This document shows positions 17,780-27,529 of a stretch of DNA of 64,000 nt, in pieces. The first letter of the stretch is position 1; the number at the start of each line of letters is the position of its first letter. Origin of the DNA: Thermodesulfobacteriota bacterium (lineage in GTDB: Bacteria > Desulfobacterota > Binatia > Bin18); NCBI GenBank assembly GCA_964291405.2, contig OZ219926.1, forward strand, positions 2,784,001 through 2,848,000, read 5' to 3'. Made by a program: the position numbers and the translations under genes. The notes under the pieces were generated by a model. The model was given only the letters and a program-made list of their open reading frames with translations, was not told the origin of the DNA and did no database searches.

Positions 17780-20700
17780 CTAATCCCCGAATGCTTTCTC
17801 TTCTTTTATTTGGGCCGGGACCGGAGGCGGCATTGGGTCGGGGACCGGAGGCGATGCTTGCACCGGCCTCCGGCGAAAAAGCCGGCGCGGCAGGTTTCTC
17901 AAGGCCGGAACCGTGCGGCCCAGCCATGCCTCAATGTCATCGAATAAGGAATAGGCGACGGGAGTTACCAATAAGGTGATCAATAAGCACAAACTCTGTC
18001 CGCCAATGACCACGACCGCAATGCCCCGATGACTTTCCGCAGCCGGACCCTGGCCGATCAGAATCGGGACCATGCCGGCCACAAGGGCCAGGGTCGTCAT
18101 CAGAATCGGGCGCAGGCGTTCCTTGTTGGCCTGCAAAATGGCTTCGTCGCGCGGCAGGCCTGCGGCCCGTAAATTGATCGTATGGTCAATTTGCAGGATC
18201 GAGTTTTTCTTGACAATCCCGAATAACAATAGCATGCCCAGAATCGCGAACAACGCCAAATGCTGGCCCGCGATGTACAGCGCCAACAGGGCAAAGGGCA
18301 CGGCCAGGGGCAGGGACAGCATAATGGTAATGGGGTGCAGAAAACTCTCAAACTGCGCCGCCAGGACCATATACATGCCAATAATGGACAACAGAAAAGC
18401 AATCTGAAAACTTTCCATCATCTCTTCAAACATCTTGCCCATGCCGGTCACCCCAGTGGTATAGCCCAGCGGCAGGCCCATTTCCTCGACCTCGGCATCA
18501 ATGTCGGCAATCGCGTCGCCGAGCGCCTTGTCTTTGGCCAGATTGCCGGTAATCGTAATCTGGCGCTGCCGGTCCTGGCGGTCAATTTGCACCGGGCCGG
18601 TGCCGGGAACCATATTGACCACATTGTTGAGTATGACCTGCCCGACCGACGCCGACGGAACCGCGACCTGTTGAATCACCTCCGGCCGATTCCGACTCTC
18701 AGGCGTCAGGCGCAGGCGCACATCGTATAACTCATCGCCTTCGCGATAGGTCGTAATTTTTTCACCCGCGATCATAATACGCAGGGTCGACGCAATATCA
18801 GCCGCCTCAATGCCGAGATCGGAAGATTTCCGTCGGTTGAGATGGACTTGGAGTTCAGGGTTCCCGCCCTCGAAGGTCGAGTCCACATCTCGCAGACCCG
18901 GCATGTTCTGGGCGCGGGTTTTCAAATCTTCGGAATACTGTTGGAGCGTTTCCAGGTCCGGACCGCGCAAGTTGTATGAGACATCCACATTCTGGATACC
19001 CCCACCACTGACCGGCAGAATCTGGTCTACGCTGATCCTGAGATTGGGGAATCCCTGAACCTTCTCGCGGGCCAAATCCATGACCTGACTCTGGTGAAGG
19101 TCCCGCTCGGAGTAATGCTTGAGGGTGACGACAATTTTTGACTTTGTTACCGACTCACCCACGGTTGAGCCAATCTCGGTCAGCAGGTGGTTGACACCCG
19201 GAAGGGGATGAATCTCCTCTTCAATCTGGCGTGTCACGGCGTCGGTTTGCGCCAGCGAATAGCCGGGTGGTGTCTTGATATTGATTTCAAACTCCCCCCG
19301 GTCGTCACTGGCCATCAGGCTGGGGCGGACCAGACCCGCAATAAAAGGGGTGGACACAAACACGCCCAGCGTGAGGCACACAATCGCCCAGCGATGACGC
19401 ATCGACCACTTCAGCATGGCGGTATAGGAACGATCGATGAGCCGGTAGAAGCGTGACTCGCGCGAAGAATGGGCGTGGTCGGCCACATGCTCGTCGAGAT
19501 GTTTGGGCAGAAAGCGCGAGCACAGCATGGGGGTGAGGGTAAAGGCGACCAGCAGGGAGACCATGATCGCAAACGCCATGGTAAACCCGAAGCTGCTCAG
19601 CCACATGCCGACGATCCCCTTGAGAAAGCCGACCGGAATGAAGATCACAACCAGCGACAGGGTGGTGGCGCTGACGGCCAGGCCCACCTCGGCTGTGGCG
19701 GCGCGCGCGGCTTCAAAGGCGTTCATGCCCTTTTCTTCGATGTAGCGATAAATGTTTTCCAGCACGACAATCGCGTCATCAATGACAATGCCGACGGCCA
19801 GGGTGAGCCCCAGCAGGGTGATGCGATTGAGGGAATAGCCGGCCGCGGCCAAAAGCGTATAGGTCGAGATGATGGACACCGGAATCGCAACCGCGGCAAT
19901 CAGTGTCGAGCGCAGATTGCCGAGAAAGAAGTACACGATGATACTGGCAAACAGCGAGCCCAGGATGAGATGCTGCTGGACCTCGTGCACGGAGGCTTTG
20001 ACGAAATCTGACTGATCGCGGGTAACGAGCGCTTCGACCCCCGGCGGGAGGAGCTGCCGAACCTCAACCAGACGCTCCTGAACCGCCTCGACTGCGGCCA
20101 CCGTGTTCGAGCCGGACTGTTTACGAATGATAAGCGACACGGCGTTCTTGCCGTCGTACCGGGACAATGAGCGCGGCTCTTCCACGCCGTCTTCGACCCG
20201 GCCAATATCGGCCAGGGTAATAGGTACGCCGTCATTGGTGGCGACCACGATATCCTCGAACTCACGGACCGATTTGACCCGTCCGAGCGTGCGCAAAACG
20301 GTCTCTCCGCTCTCTTGGGTAATACGTCCGCCCGGAAATTCGACGTTTTGCTTGGCCAGGGCCTGTGCAACGGTTCGGATAGCCAGCCCGTATGCCTTCA
20401 GTCGGTCGGGATCAATCAAAATCTGAATTTCCCGTTTCCGACCGCCTAATACATCAATGGCGCCGACTCCGGTCACCGACTCCAGGGGTTCTTTGACCTG
20501 ATTCTCTGCGATTTCGGTCAGCTCCTTCAGACCGCGAAAGCCTGAGACGGTAACGGTGGCAATCGGGGTGGCGTCAATGTCGAACTTCTCGACAATCGGC
20601 GGGTCTGCATCTTCGGGCAGGTCAGCCAGGACCGTGCCCACCTTGTCGCGGACTTCTTGGGCGGCAATGCCAAGGTCTTTCTCCAGAACGAACTGCACAA

Positions 20701-20974
20701 TAATTTGGGATAACCCTTCACGGGTGACCGACCGGAGCTCATCAATTCCACTGACCGTATTGATGGCTTCCTCAATGATCTTGGTCACCTGGGCCTCAAT
20801 CTCTTCCGGTCCGGCACCGGGCAGGGTGGTTGTCACCGTCACAACCGGCATTTCGACCTTAGGCATCAACTCCAAGGTGAGGCTGTTGTAGGAAAACCAG
20901 CCGGCCACCACGAGCACCCCAACCAGCATGGTGGCAAAGACGGGTCGGCGAACACACACGTCGGCAAGAATCAT
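17780..20974 (-). CDS. RND efflux permease (AcrB/AcrD/AcrF family)
   Basis: GIVIDDAIVVLEN, GIVKKNSIL and RLRPILMTT motifs; 1064 aa. Confidence 0.95.
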   Translation of the reverse strand: MILADVCVRRPVFATMLVGVLVVAGWFSYNSLTLELMPKVEMPVVTVTTTLPGAGPEEIEAQVTKIIEEAINTVSGIDELRSVTREGLSQIIVQFVLEKDLGIAAQEVRDKVGTVLADLPEDADPPIVEKFDIDATPIATVTVSGFRGLKELTEIAENQVKEPLESVTGVGAIDVLGGRKREIQILIDPDRLKAYGLAIRTVAQALAKQNVEFPGGRITQESGETVLRTLGRVKSVREFEDIVVATNDGVPITLADIGRVEDGVEEPRSLSRYDGKNAVSLIIRKQSGSNTVAAVEAVQERLVEVRQLLPPGVEALVTRDQSDFVKASVHEVQQHLILGSLFASIIVYFFLGNLRSTLIAAVAIPVSIISTYTLLAAAGYSLNRITLLGLTLAVGIVIDDAIVVLENIYRYIEEKGMNAFEAARAATAEVGLAVSATTLSLVVIFIPVGFLKGIVGMWLSSFGFTMAFAIMVSLLVAFTLTPMLCSRFLPKHLDEHVADHAHSSRESRFYRLIDRSYTAMLKWSMRHRWAIVCLTLGVFVSTPFIAGLVRPSLMASDDRGEFEINIKTPPGYSLAQTDAVTRQIEEEIHPLPGVNHLLTEIGSTVGESVTKSKIVVTLKHYSERDLHQSQVMDLAREKVQGFPNLRISVDQILPVSGGGIQNVDVSYNLRGPDLETLQQYSEDLKTRAQNMPGLRDVDSTFEGGNPELQVHLNRRKSSDLGIEAADIASTLRIMIAGEKITTYREGDELYDVRLRLTPESRNRPEVIQQVAVPSASVGQVILNNVVNMVPGTGPVQIDRQDRQRQITITGNLAKDKALGDAIADIDAEVEEMGLPLGYTTGVTGMGKMFEEMMESFQIAFLLSIIGMYMVLAAQFESFLHPITIMLSLPLAVPFALLALYIAGQHLALFAILGMLLLFGIVKKNSILQIDHTINLRAAGLPRDEAILQANKERLRPILMTTLALVAGMVPILIGQGPAAESHRGIAVVVIGGQSLCLLITLLVTPVAYSLFDDIEAWLGRTVPALRNLPRRLFRRRPVQASPPVPDPMPPPVPAQIKEEKAFGD

Positions 20975-20990
20975 ACGCTCTCCACAGGGC

Positions 20991-22148
20991 TTACTGGGAT
21001 TGGGATAAGGAGTCTATTGAGTCGGTTGAGTCCAAAGACCCAACGACTTCCTGGGTTTGCACGGTCATGCCGTCGGCCAGACGGTTGAGGGCGCTGACGG
21101 CGACCGTTTCTCCTTCAGCAAGTCCTTTGGCAATTTCTATCCAGTCCCCGTCCTCCATGCCGGAGGTGACCTCACGCGAGGTGATGACGTTATCCTCAAC
21201 GATAAAGATGCGCTCAACCCCGGCAAAACGCGCCAGGCCGGTGCGTGGAATAAAGAGGGCGTCTTCTTCGCCGAGCACGCCGGTAATACGCGCAAAATAG
21301 CCGGGACGGAGTTTCCCATCGGGATTGGGGATCTCGGCTTCAATTAGCAGGGAGCGCGTCCTGTGGTCCACCCGGGCGGCCATGCGGGTTAGGATTCCTT
21401 CAAATATCTGTCCAGGCAGCGCCTCGACTTCAACTCGGAGCGGCATGCCCGTCTCGGCCACCGCGGCAAAGCGTTCCGGCACAGGGGAACGCAGCTTGAG
21501 CGGGTTGACCACGACCAATTCAAGCAGGGATGATGCCGCCTCCTTGTACTCACCGGGATTGATAAAGCGTTCCTGGACAAAACCGTTGACTGGCGAAACA
21601 ATCCGGGTATCGCGCAGGCGTTTGCGCGCCAGAGCCAGGATCTTTTCCGCGGTACGGACCCGCGCCTCCATCACTTTATAGTCGGCCTCATTGGTATCCA
21701 GCCGTTGCTCGGGAATCAGGTTTTCCGCGGCCAACTCCTTGGCGCGGGTATATTCGGCCTGGGCGCGGATGAAGTTGGCTTCCGCCTGTTTGAGTGCGCT
21801 TTCCTGGACTTCAACCTCCAGGGCAAGCTCTTCCTGCTCCATCTCGGCCAGGAGCTGGCCCTTTTTTATTTTGTCACCAAAGTCAACATACACTTGCTGG
21901 ACGTAGCCCTCCTGCTTATTCGACAGAATGATGCTCTCTTTGGCGAATAACGCCCCCTGTCCCCGGCCGGTTCGCACTACGGTGCGTACGACTGGCTGGG
22001 CTACCTGAACGGTGAGAGGCGGGGGAGGGGCAGCAGCGGCTTGGTCTTGCGCTTTGGCCGCCTCCGAACTGGACGATTGACAACTCGGAAAGACGAGCAG
22101 GACCAACACCATATACACTTGGCCAAGAGGGAATAAGAAGGATTTCAC
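20991..22148 (-). CDS. RND periplasmic adaptor (MFP) lipoprotein
   Basis: Lipobox-like VFPSC, lipoyl/hairpin segments and NPDGKLRPG. Confidence 0.92.
   Translation of the reverse strand: MKSFLFPLGQVYMVLVLLVFPSCQSSSSEAAKAQDQAAAAPPPPLTVQVAQPVVRTVVRTGRGQGALFAKESIILSNKQEGYVQQVYVDFGDKIKKGQLLAEMEQEELALEVEVQESALKQAEANFIRAQAEYTRAKELAAENLIPEQRLDTNEADYKVMEARVRTAEKILALARKRLRDTRIVSPVNGFVQERFINPGEYKEAASSLLELVVVNPLKLRSPVPERFAAVAETGMPLRVEVEALPGQIFEGILTRMAARVDHRTRSLLIEAEIPNPDGKLRPGYFARITGVLGEEDALFIPRTGLARFAGVERIFIVEDNVITSREVTSGMEDGDWIEIAKGLAEGETVAVSALNRLADGMTVQTQEVVGSLDSTDSIDSLSQSQ
21010..21049. repeat. 9-bp-period GAGTC/GACCC repeat inside the MFP 3' end
   Basis: GAGTCTATT GAGTCGGTT GAGTCCAAA GACCCAAC; encodes the SLDSTDSIDS tail; same units as 27433-27529. 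Confidence 0.55.
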
Positions 22149-22795
22149 GATACTGGCTCCTCATGGTTCTGATGCTGATTCAGAACTCCGTTGAAAAACA
22201 AATCGAGCAAAATACCCGCGTCTTCGGTGGCTGGACGCGCCGTCAGCCCCAATGCCCGTTGCTGAAAGCAGCCACGAATCGCCTCGTTGAGGACAAAGGC
22301 CGAGGCTTCGACATTATGGGGCCGGAACACGCCCACGCGAACGCCGTCCTGGATGATTTCTTCGATAAAACGGATATGGGTCAGATACAGGTCGAGCATA
22401 TGCGCCGCTTCCGGATGATTGGGTGAAGCGGCCAGAAAGTTCCGCTCCAGCAGCAGGGTCTTGAAAAAATCGCGATAGGTATCGCTCAGTTCAAGGCTGA
22501 CTTCAATCAGACGTTGGAGCTTTTCAATCGGAGTCAGCGCCTGGGCGACTTGCGTGCGTACCTGACCGGTGAAATTCTGCATTCCTTGCTCAACAGCAGC
22601 GGTGAAGAGTTCATCCTTGTTCTGGAAATACAGATAGACGGTCCCCTTGGCGATCTCCGCCTCCTCAGCAACGCGCTCAACCGTGGCCCCCTGAAACCCG
22701 TGGCTCGCCACCACCCGGCACGTAGCATCCAGAATTTCGCGGATTCGAAACTCGCGGAGTACGTCTTCTTTTCTTGTGGCTGAACTTTTAGTCAT
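22145..22795 (-). CDS. TetR/AcrR-family regulator of the RND operon
   Basis: HTH motif ATVERVAEEAEIAKGTVYLYFQNKDELF; start re-called at ATG 22795. Confidence 0.92.
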   Translation of the reverse strand: MTKSSATRKEDVLREFRIREILDATCRVVASHGFQGATVERVAEEAEIAKGTVYLYFQNKDELFTAAVEQGMQNFTGQVRTQVAQALTPIEKLQRLIEVSLELSDTYRDFFKTLLLERNFLAASPNHPEAAHMLDLYLTHIRFIEEIIQDGVRVGVFRPHNVEASAFVLNEAIRGCFQQRALGLTARPATEDAGILLDLFFNGVLNQHQNHEEPVS

Positions 22796-22831
22796 ATGAC
22801 TGACTATACAGTCAGTATATGCAAAATGCAA
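22796..22831 (-). promoter_or_regulatory. Sigma70 promoter with overlapping palindromic operator; probable leaderless tetR mRNA
   Basis: TTGCAT (22826-22831), 17-bp spacer, TATAGT (22803-22808), 7 nt, ATG. Palindrome ACTGACT-N4-AGTCAGT at 22799-22816. Confidence 0.75.
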
Positions 22832-22860
22832 GACATGTCAGAGCGTCGGTCTTTATTCCC

Positions 22861-23989
22861 TTATCTTCCGGGGGTTTCTCGAGAAAATAAAATAACTGGT
22901 CGAACTATCAGGATGCTGATTATTGCATTCCTGGTTGAACAGGGAACCGCTGGCAACGCCGTGTGCGATACTATGCCGGGAAATGTCGATTTCTGATGTG
23001 TCAGGATGGAAGTCTGCAAAGTAGACATCACGAAGATAAGTGTTAAAGCGGTGAGGTAGGAGCAGGCATTTCCCCTTTTCAATTTTTGCGGCCACAGCTA
23101 AATGGGCCAAGCTGTCCGTCTCGGAAGGTTGCTCGGCTATACCAAGGCTAGTGTGATGAGTACGTAAGATTCCTTCGATGCGAGGAAACTAATGCCGTAC
23201 AACTCACAGGATCATCGTTTTTCGCTCAGCAGCGTGTTCAAGGATTTTTAGGTGTTCCGCAACGATCCAGGGGTGGGTACACCAACTATTCATTTGCGGG
23301 ATACGCCCTTTGACTCTTCGGAGATAATGTCATTAAGCTCCTCATCTGGATTCCAACCGGAACGGACACGGCTTATCAAAGTGTTGATCGTTTCATTCCG
23401 AAGGCTGCAAACGGAAACCATTTCGCCGCAAACAACGCATCCCATTCAGAGGCAGATATACTAAATCGTTCCTGAAAAAGAATATGGTAAGCTTGTCCCA
23501 AGACGGAGGAGATATCATACTGGCGCCGCTGGGGGCTTGGTCTAGAGATAGGACCAAAATCATAGAAAAGCCCCTTTCTCCAGCCCACGGAGAAAAGGAA
23601 GTAGAAAGCCAGCATCTCAGGTATCCATACTCCAAGATCGAGGCGCTCCTCATCAGCTATATCGTCTTTCGTGACGCCTGCCCCGGCTCCAACTGGGCGC
23701 CTGCGCGAATTCCGGCTCGTAGCGCTAGTTCGTTGATATAAACGGTTGCTTTGCCATTACGATTAGCAAATAGCAAGCAGGTGATCCACTTGCGATGGGG
23801 GGATCGGATCTGGCAATTTTTGGAGGATAGTGCTTGGAATGCCCTCAAGTCGCTTGATGAAAGGTTGCCCATCTTCCGAGATGTAAATTCGCGAAAAGCA
23901 ACCTTAACGTTCTCCCCAGTACGCCCAGCTTCAAGGGCATAGCCAGCAGGCGGTTCAAGAATAATTTCGACTGGCATCTCCACCTCCAC
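22861..23989 (-). pseudogene. Multiply frameshifted gene of about 370 aa with a C-terminal RxxxxH (HEPN-like) motif
   Basis: Consecutive minus-strand fragments in shifting frames (…FSVGWRKGLFYDFGP…, …PRIEGILR…, …SRHSIAHG…); AT-richer than the flanks. Confidence 0.65.
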
Positions 23990-24164
23990 GAACGAAGAGA
24001 AGGCCCTTCACTCGCAGCTCACCAGAAATGAGCTTGGGTAGTCGGGTAGTAAGGCATCCCGCAGAGCGGCGAGGTAGCGGGACTCCGTTGCGTTCCACTG
24101 AGCCAACGTGCCAAGGATGTTTTTGCAAGGAAATATCAGTTCGCTGGTCTCACCGCCGGCTGTA

Positions 24165-24953
24165 CTATTTCCCCTGGAATTGGGGGCGGCGTTTTTCCAT
24201 GAAGGCTTTCACCCCTTCTTGATAGTCCTCGCTCCCAAAGCAACGGGTGGACCAGGACTTGATGGCGTCCATGTCGCGCAGGGTTGCCGCTTTGGCACTT
24301 TCCCGGACGAAAAACTTGTGAGCCGCTACGCTTAAGGGGGCGTTGTCAGCCATCTTGAGCGCGTATTCGCGGGTATAGGAGTCAAGCTCGGCTTTGGGCA
24401 GGACGCGATTGACCAAGCCCATATGGGCCGCTTCTTCCGCGTTATAGACCCGTGCGGTCATCAGAATCTCAGCAGCGTTGGAGACCCCAACAATATGGAC
24501 GAGCCGCTCAACCCCCCGCTCAACCGGATAGGCAATGCCCAAACGCGCCGCCGGAATCCCAAAGCGGGCATCATCGGCACACAGCCGCAGGTCGCACATG
24601 ACGGCCACCGAACACCCGCCGCCCATGCAGAAGCCATGAATCATAGTAATGACCGGTTTTTCTAAGCCGGCGAGCGATTTCAGCGCGCCGGCTACAGCCT
24701 GGTCATAGCCCCGCGTCGCCTCAGCCCCGGAGCGGACCTTGCCGAACTGCGAGATATCGGCGCCTGAGACAAAGGCTTCCTCGCCTGCCCCACGCAGGAT
24801 GAGCACGCGCAGGTCATCGTCTGCCGCGACCTCGGCAACGAGCTGCGGCAGGGTAAGCCACATGTCCAGGTCAACCGCGTTCCGGCGCTCGGGCTTATTG
24901 AAAACAATCCAGGCTAACGGGGCTTCTTTTTGCAGAAGGAGGGTGTCTGACAT
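24165..24953 (-). CDS. Enoyl-CoA hydratase (crotonase family)
   Basis: AFVSGADISQF, GFCMGGG and SEDYQEGVKAFMEKRRPQFQG motifs; start re-called at MSDT behind AGGAG. Confidence 0.92.
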   Translation of the reverse strand: MSDTLLLQKEAPLAWIVFNKPERRNAVDLDMWLTLPQLVAEVAADDDLRVLILRGAGEEAFVSGADISQFGKVRSGAEATRGYDQAVAGALKSLAGLEKPVITMIHGFCMGGGCSVAVMCDLRLCADDARFGIPAARLGIAYPVERGVERLVHIVGVSNAAEILMTARVYNAEEAAHMGLVNRVLPKAELDSYTREYALKMADNAPLSVAAHKFFVRESAKAATLRDMDAIKSWSTRCFGSEDYQEGVKAFMEKRRPQFQGK

Positions 24954-25229
24954 GGTGAACTCCTGTTTTGTCTTTTGCACGCTTGCGTCCGCCCACCATA
25001 CCGCTCTCGCTGGGGTATTGTCCATCGCTGTGTCTCTTCGCCCGCCCTCACCTGGAATGTCAAGCTGTCTGGTATTCCTTTCCTATCCGGTGTATCATGA
25101 CAAAAATAAAGAACCGGCTCTCGGTGCGACCTTTCTCTCGCATGGATCTTCTTCCAGAAACTTCACACGACCCTCTGCCGGAGTGACACACGATATAAAG
25201 TCGCGACGGCAGGAAAGACGGGGGACAAT

Positions 25230-26294
25230 ATGGCAGATGGATGGCAAAACCAAGGAGGCTCTTCTCCCGGCGACGAACTTCTCCAGGGTCTTGAGGACCT
25301 CAAACGGACGTTCCAACGTTTTACCAAAGGAGCCGGAGTCTGGCTGATCATCGCGGTCGTCGCCCTCCTGTGGATCGGCTCGGGATTCTATGTCGTCGGT
25401 CCGAGCGAACGGGGCATTGTGCTGCGCTTTGGGGAGGTTGTGGCGGAAACTGACCCTGGCTTACGCTTTCATCTACCCTGGCCCGTTGAAAGGCATGTGG
25501 TGGTTGATATCGCCCGCGTTCGGAGCGCTCAGGTCGGCTATCGTCCGTCAGGGGTGCCTGGGCGTAGCGGCAGAGGCAGTGGCCGCACCATTCCGCAGGA
25601 AGCCCTGATGCTGACCGGTGACGAAAATATCGTTGAAGTCAACCTGGTGGTGCAGTATCGCATTCAAGATCCGGTCAGATATCTTTTTGGCGCGTTTGAG
25701 CCCGAAGGTATGTTGCATTCCTCGGCAGAGGTCGCGCTGCGCAGTGCGGTTGGCGGAAACACGATTGATTACACGATGACGGACGGACGGCTTGAGGTCC
25801 AGGAGCAAGCGAAAAGGGCACTCCAGAGCCTGCTCGATATCTATCAAACTGGCCTGTTCGTCACCGAGGCCCGCCTGCTCGCGGTTGATCCTCCCAACGA
25901 AGTCCGGGACGCCTTCAACGATGTGGTCCGGGCCTTGGAGGACCGGGACCGGCTCCGCCAGGAGGCCGAAGGCTATCAGGAGGACGTGGTGCCGAAGGCG
26001 CGTGGTGAGGCCGCCCAAATGGTCCAGCAAGCCGAGGCGTATAAGGCCCAGCGGGTCATCCGTTCCCAGGGTGACGCCGAGCGTTTTCTCCAGATCCTGG
26101 CCGAGTATGAGAAAGCCAAGTCGGTGACACGCGACCGGCTCTATCTTGAGAGTGTTGAGCGGATTATGCCGACCATGGAAAAGTTCATCCTCGATTCACA
26201 AAACGGCGGTGGGGTTGTACCCTTATTACCGCTGAAAGAGCTGAGCGCCGGCGAGACCGCAGCCGGGGCCGCAGCGAGTCAGGAGGGGAGATAA
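25230..26294 (+). CDS. hflK: FtsH protease modulator HflK
   Basis: SPFH domain, MLTGDENIV, PKARGEA and VTRDRLYLE motifs. Confidence 0.93.
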   Translation: MADGWQNQGGSSPGDELLQGLEDLKRTFQRFTKGAGVWLIIAVVALLWIGSGFYVVGPSERGIVLRFGEVVAETDPGLRFHLPWPVERHVVVDIARVRSAQVGYRPSGVPGRSGRGSGRTIPQEALMLTGDENIVEVNLVVQYRIQDPVRYLFGAFEPEGMLHSSAEVALRSAVGGNTIDYTMTDGRLEVQEQAKRALQSLLDIYQTGLFVTEARLLAVDPPNEVRDAFNDVVRALEDRDRLRQEAEGYQEDVVPKARGEAAQMVQQAEAYKAQRVIRSQGDAERFLQILAEYEKAKSVTRDRLYLESVERIMPTMEKFILDSQNGGGVVPLLPLKELSAGETAAGAAASQEGR

Positions 26295-27167
26295 ATGGTA
26301 CCGCGCTTAGTTATCGGGCTGGGCTTAGTCCTGGTCTTTGTCGCCGCCCAGGCGGCGTTCACGATTGGTGAGTGGGAGCAAGGGATGGTGGTGCAGTTCG
26401 GTAATCCGAAACGTATCATTCAGGAGCCCGGCCTCTACTTTAAGCTGCCAGTAGCGCAAAATCTGGTCCGCTTTGAAAAACGGGTCCTGACAACCGATGC
26501 CCGTGAGTCCGAATATATTACGCTCGACAAGAAGCGTGTCCTGGTGGACCACGTCTCGCGTTGGCGTATCGACGATCCCCTCCAATTCTACCGGAGCGTC
26601 CGCGACCGCATTCGGGCCATGGCCCGGCTGGACGACATTATTTCGGCCCGCCTCCGACAAGAAATCGCCACGCATAATTTTCTCGATCTTATTCGTGAAA
26701 AGCGTGAAGATATTATGGCTATCGTGACCAAAGATACCCGAGAGACGGCCAAGAGCTTTGGTATCGAAGTGACCGACGTTCGGATCAAACGGCTCGACCT
26801 GCCCGAAGAAGTCCAGGCCAGCGTGTTTGCCCGGATGCGGGCGGAGCGCGAACGGATTGCCAAGCGCTACCGGGCGGAAGGGGAAGAGCAAGCGCAGCAT
26901 ATCCGGGCCGGTGCCGACCGGGAGCGTGAGGTCATCCTGGCCACTGCGTATGAGTCGAGCGAAAAGCTCAAAGGTGAGGGTGATGCCGAGGCCACGAGCA
27001 TTTATGCCAACGCGTTCGGCAAAGACGCCGAGTTCTATGCTTTCACACGACGGCTCCAGGCCTATGAGAAAATCCTGAGTAATGACACCACGCTGCTCCT
27101 GAACCCGGACTCCGAACTCCTGAACTACTTGCAGAGTCCGGGCAGCAGTCCACCAGCCAGCGAATAG
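26295..27167 (+). CDS. hflC: FtsH protease modulator HflC
   Basis: PGLYFKLP, DVRIKRLDLP, RMRAERERIA and EFYAFTRRLQAY motifs. Confidence 0.95.
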   Translation: MVPRLVIGLGLVLVFVAAQAAFTIGEWEQGMVVQFGNPKRIIQEPGLYFKLPVAQNLVRFEKRVLTTDARESEYITLDKKRVLVDHVSRWRIDDPLQFYRSVRDRIRAMARLDDIISARLRQEIATHNFLDLIREKREDIMAIVTKDTRETAKSFGIEVTDVRIKRLDLPEEVQASVFARMRAERERIAKRYRAEGEEQAQHIRAGADREREVILATAYESSEKLKGEGDAEATSIYANAFGKDAEFYAFTRRLQAYEKILSNDTTLLLNPDSELLNYLQSPGSSPPASE

Positions 27168-27173
27168 TCGAGT

Positions 27174-27434
27174 ATGCCTGGACTCGTTCGCCTGCTGCTC
27201 CTGCTTGCAGTGGGCTACCTGATTATTGCGGGTATTCGTCGTCTCTTCTTGCCCGCTACTTCCGACCCAACGAAGCGGCAGGCAAACGCTTCGGGTCCAG
27301 AGAGCGTGCCCTTAGTCCAGGACCCCCAGTGCGGGCGTTTTATTCCGCAGAACGAAGCAATTCAGGTCTCGCGGCGTGGCCGGACCGTCTACTTCTGTAG
27401 TCAGGAGTGTCGCGCCGCGTATCGGGCGGCATGA
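27174..27434 (+). CDS. Small membrane-anchored YHS/TRASH-domain protein
   Basis: N-terminal TM; DPQCG...YFCSQEC. Confidence 0.8.
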   Translation: MPGLVRLLLLLAVGYLIIAGIRRLFLPATSDPTKRQANASGPESVPLVQDPQCGRFIPQNEAIQVSRRGRTVYFCSQECRAAYRAA

Positions 27435-27529
27435 GTGTATAGGGTCTTTAGAGTGTATAGGGTCTTTGGAGTCTTTAGAGTCAAGACTCAATGACTCAAC
27501 AGACCCAACGACCCAACAGACTCAACCAG
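27433..27529. repeat. Inverted array of about 9-bp GAGTC/GGGTC units between convergent genes
   Basis: 18-bp tandem GAGTGTATAGGGTCTTT(A/G) x2, then GAGTC units followed by GACTC/GACCC units. Confidence 0.75.

Noticed and set aside
24028-24110. attC-like cassette boundary beside the HEPN-like gene
   Set aside because: No convincing RYYYAAC/GTTRRRY pairing and no integrase in the window.
27433-27529. CRISPR array
   Set aside because: Units are 9-18 bp with no unique spacers.
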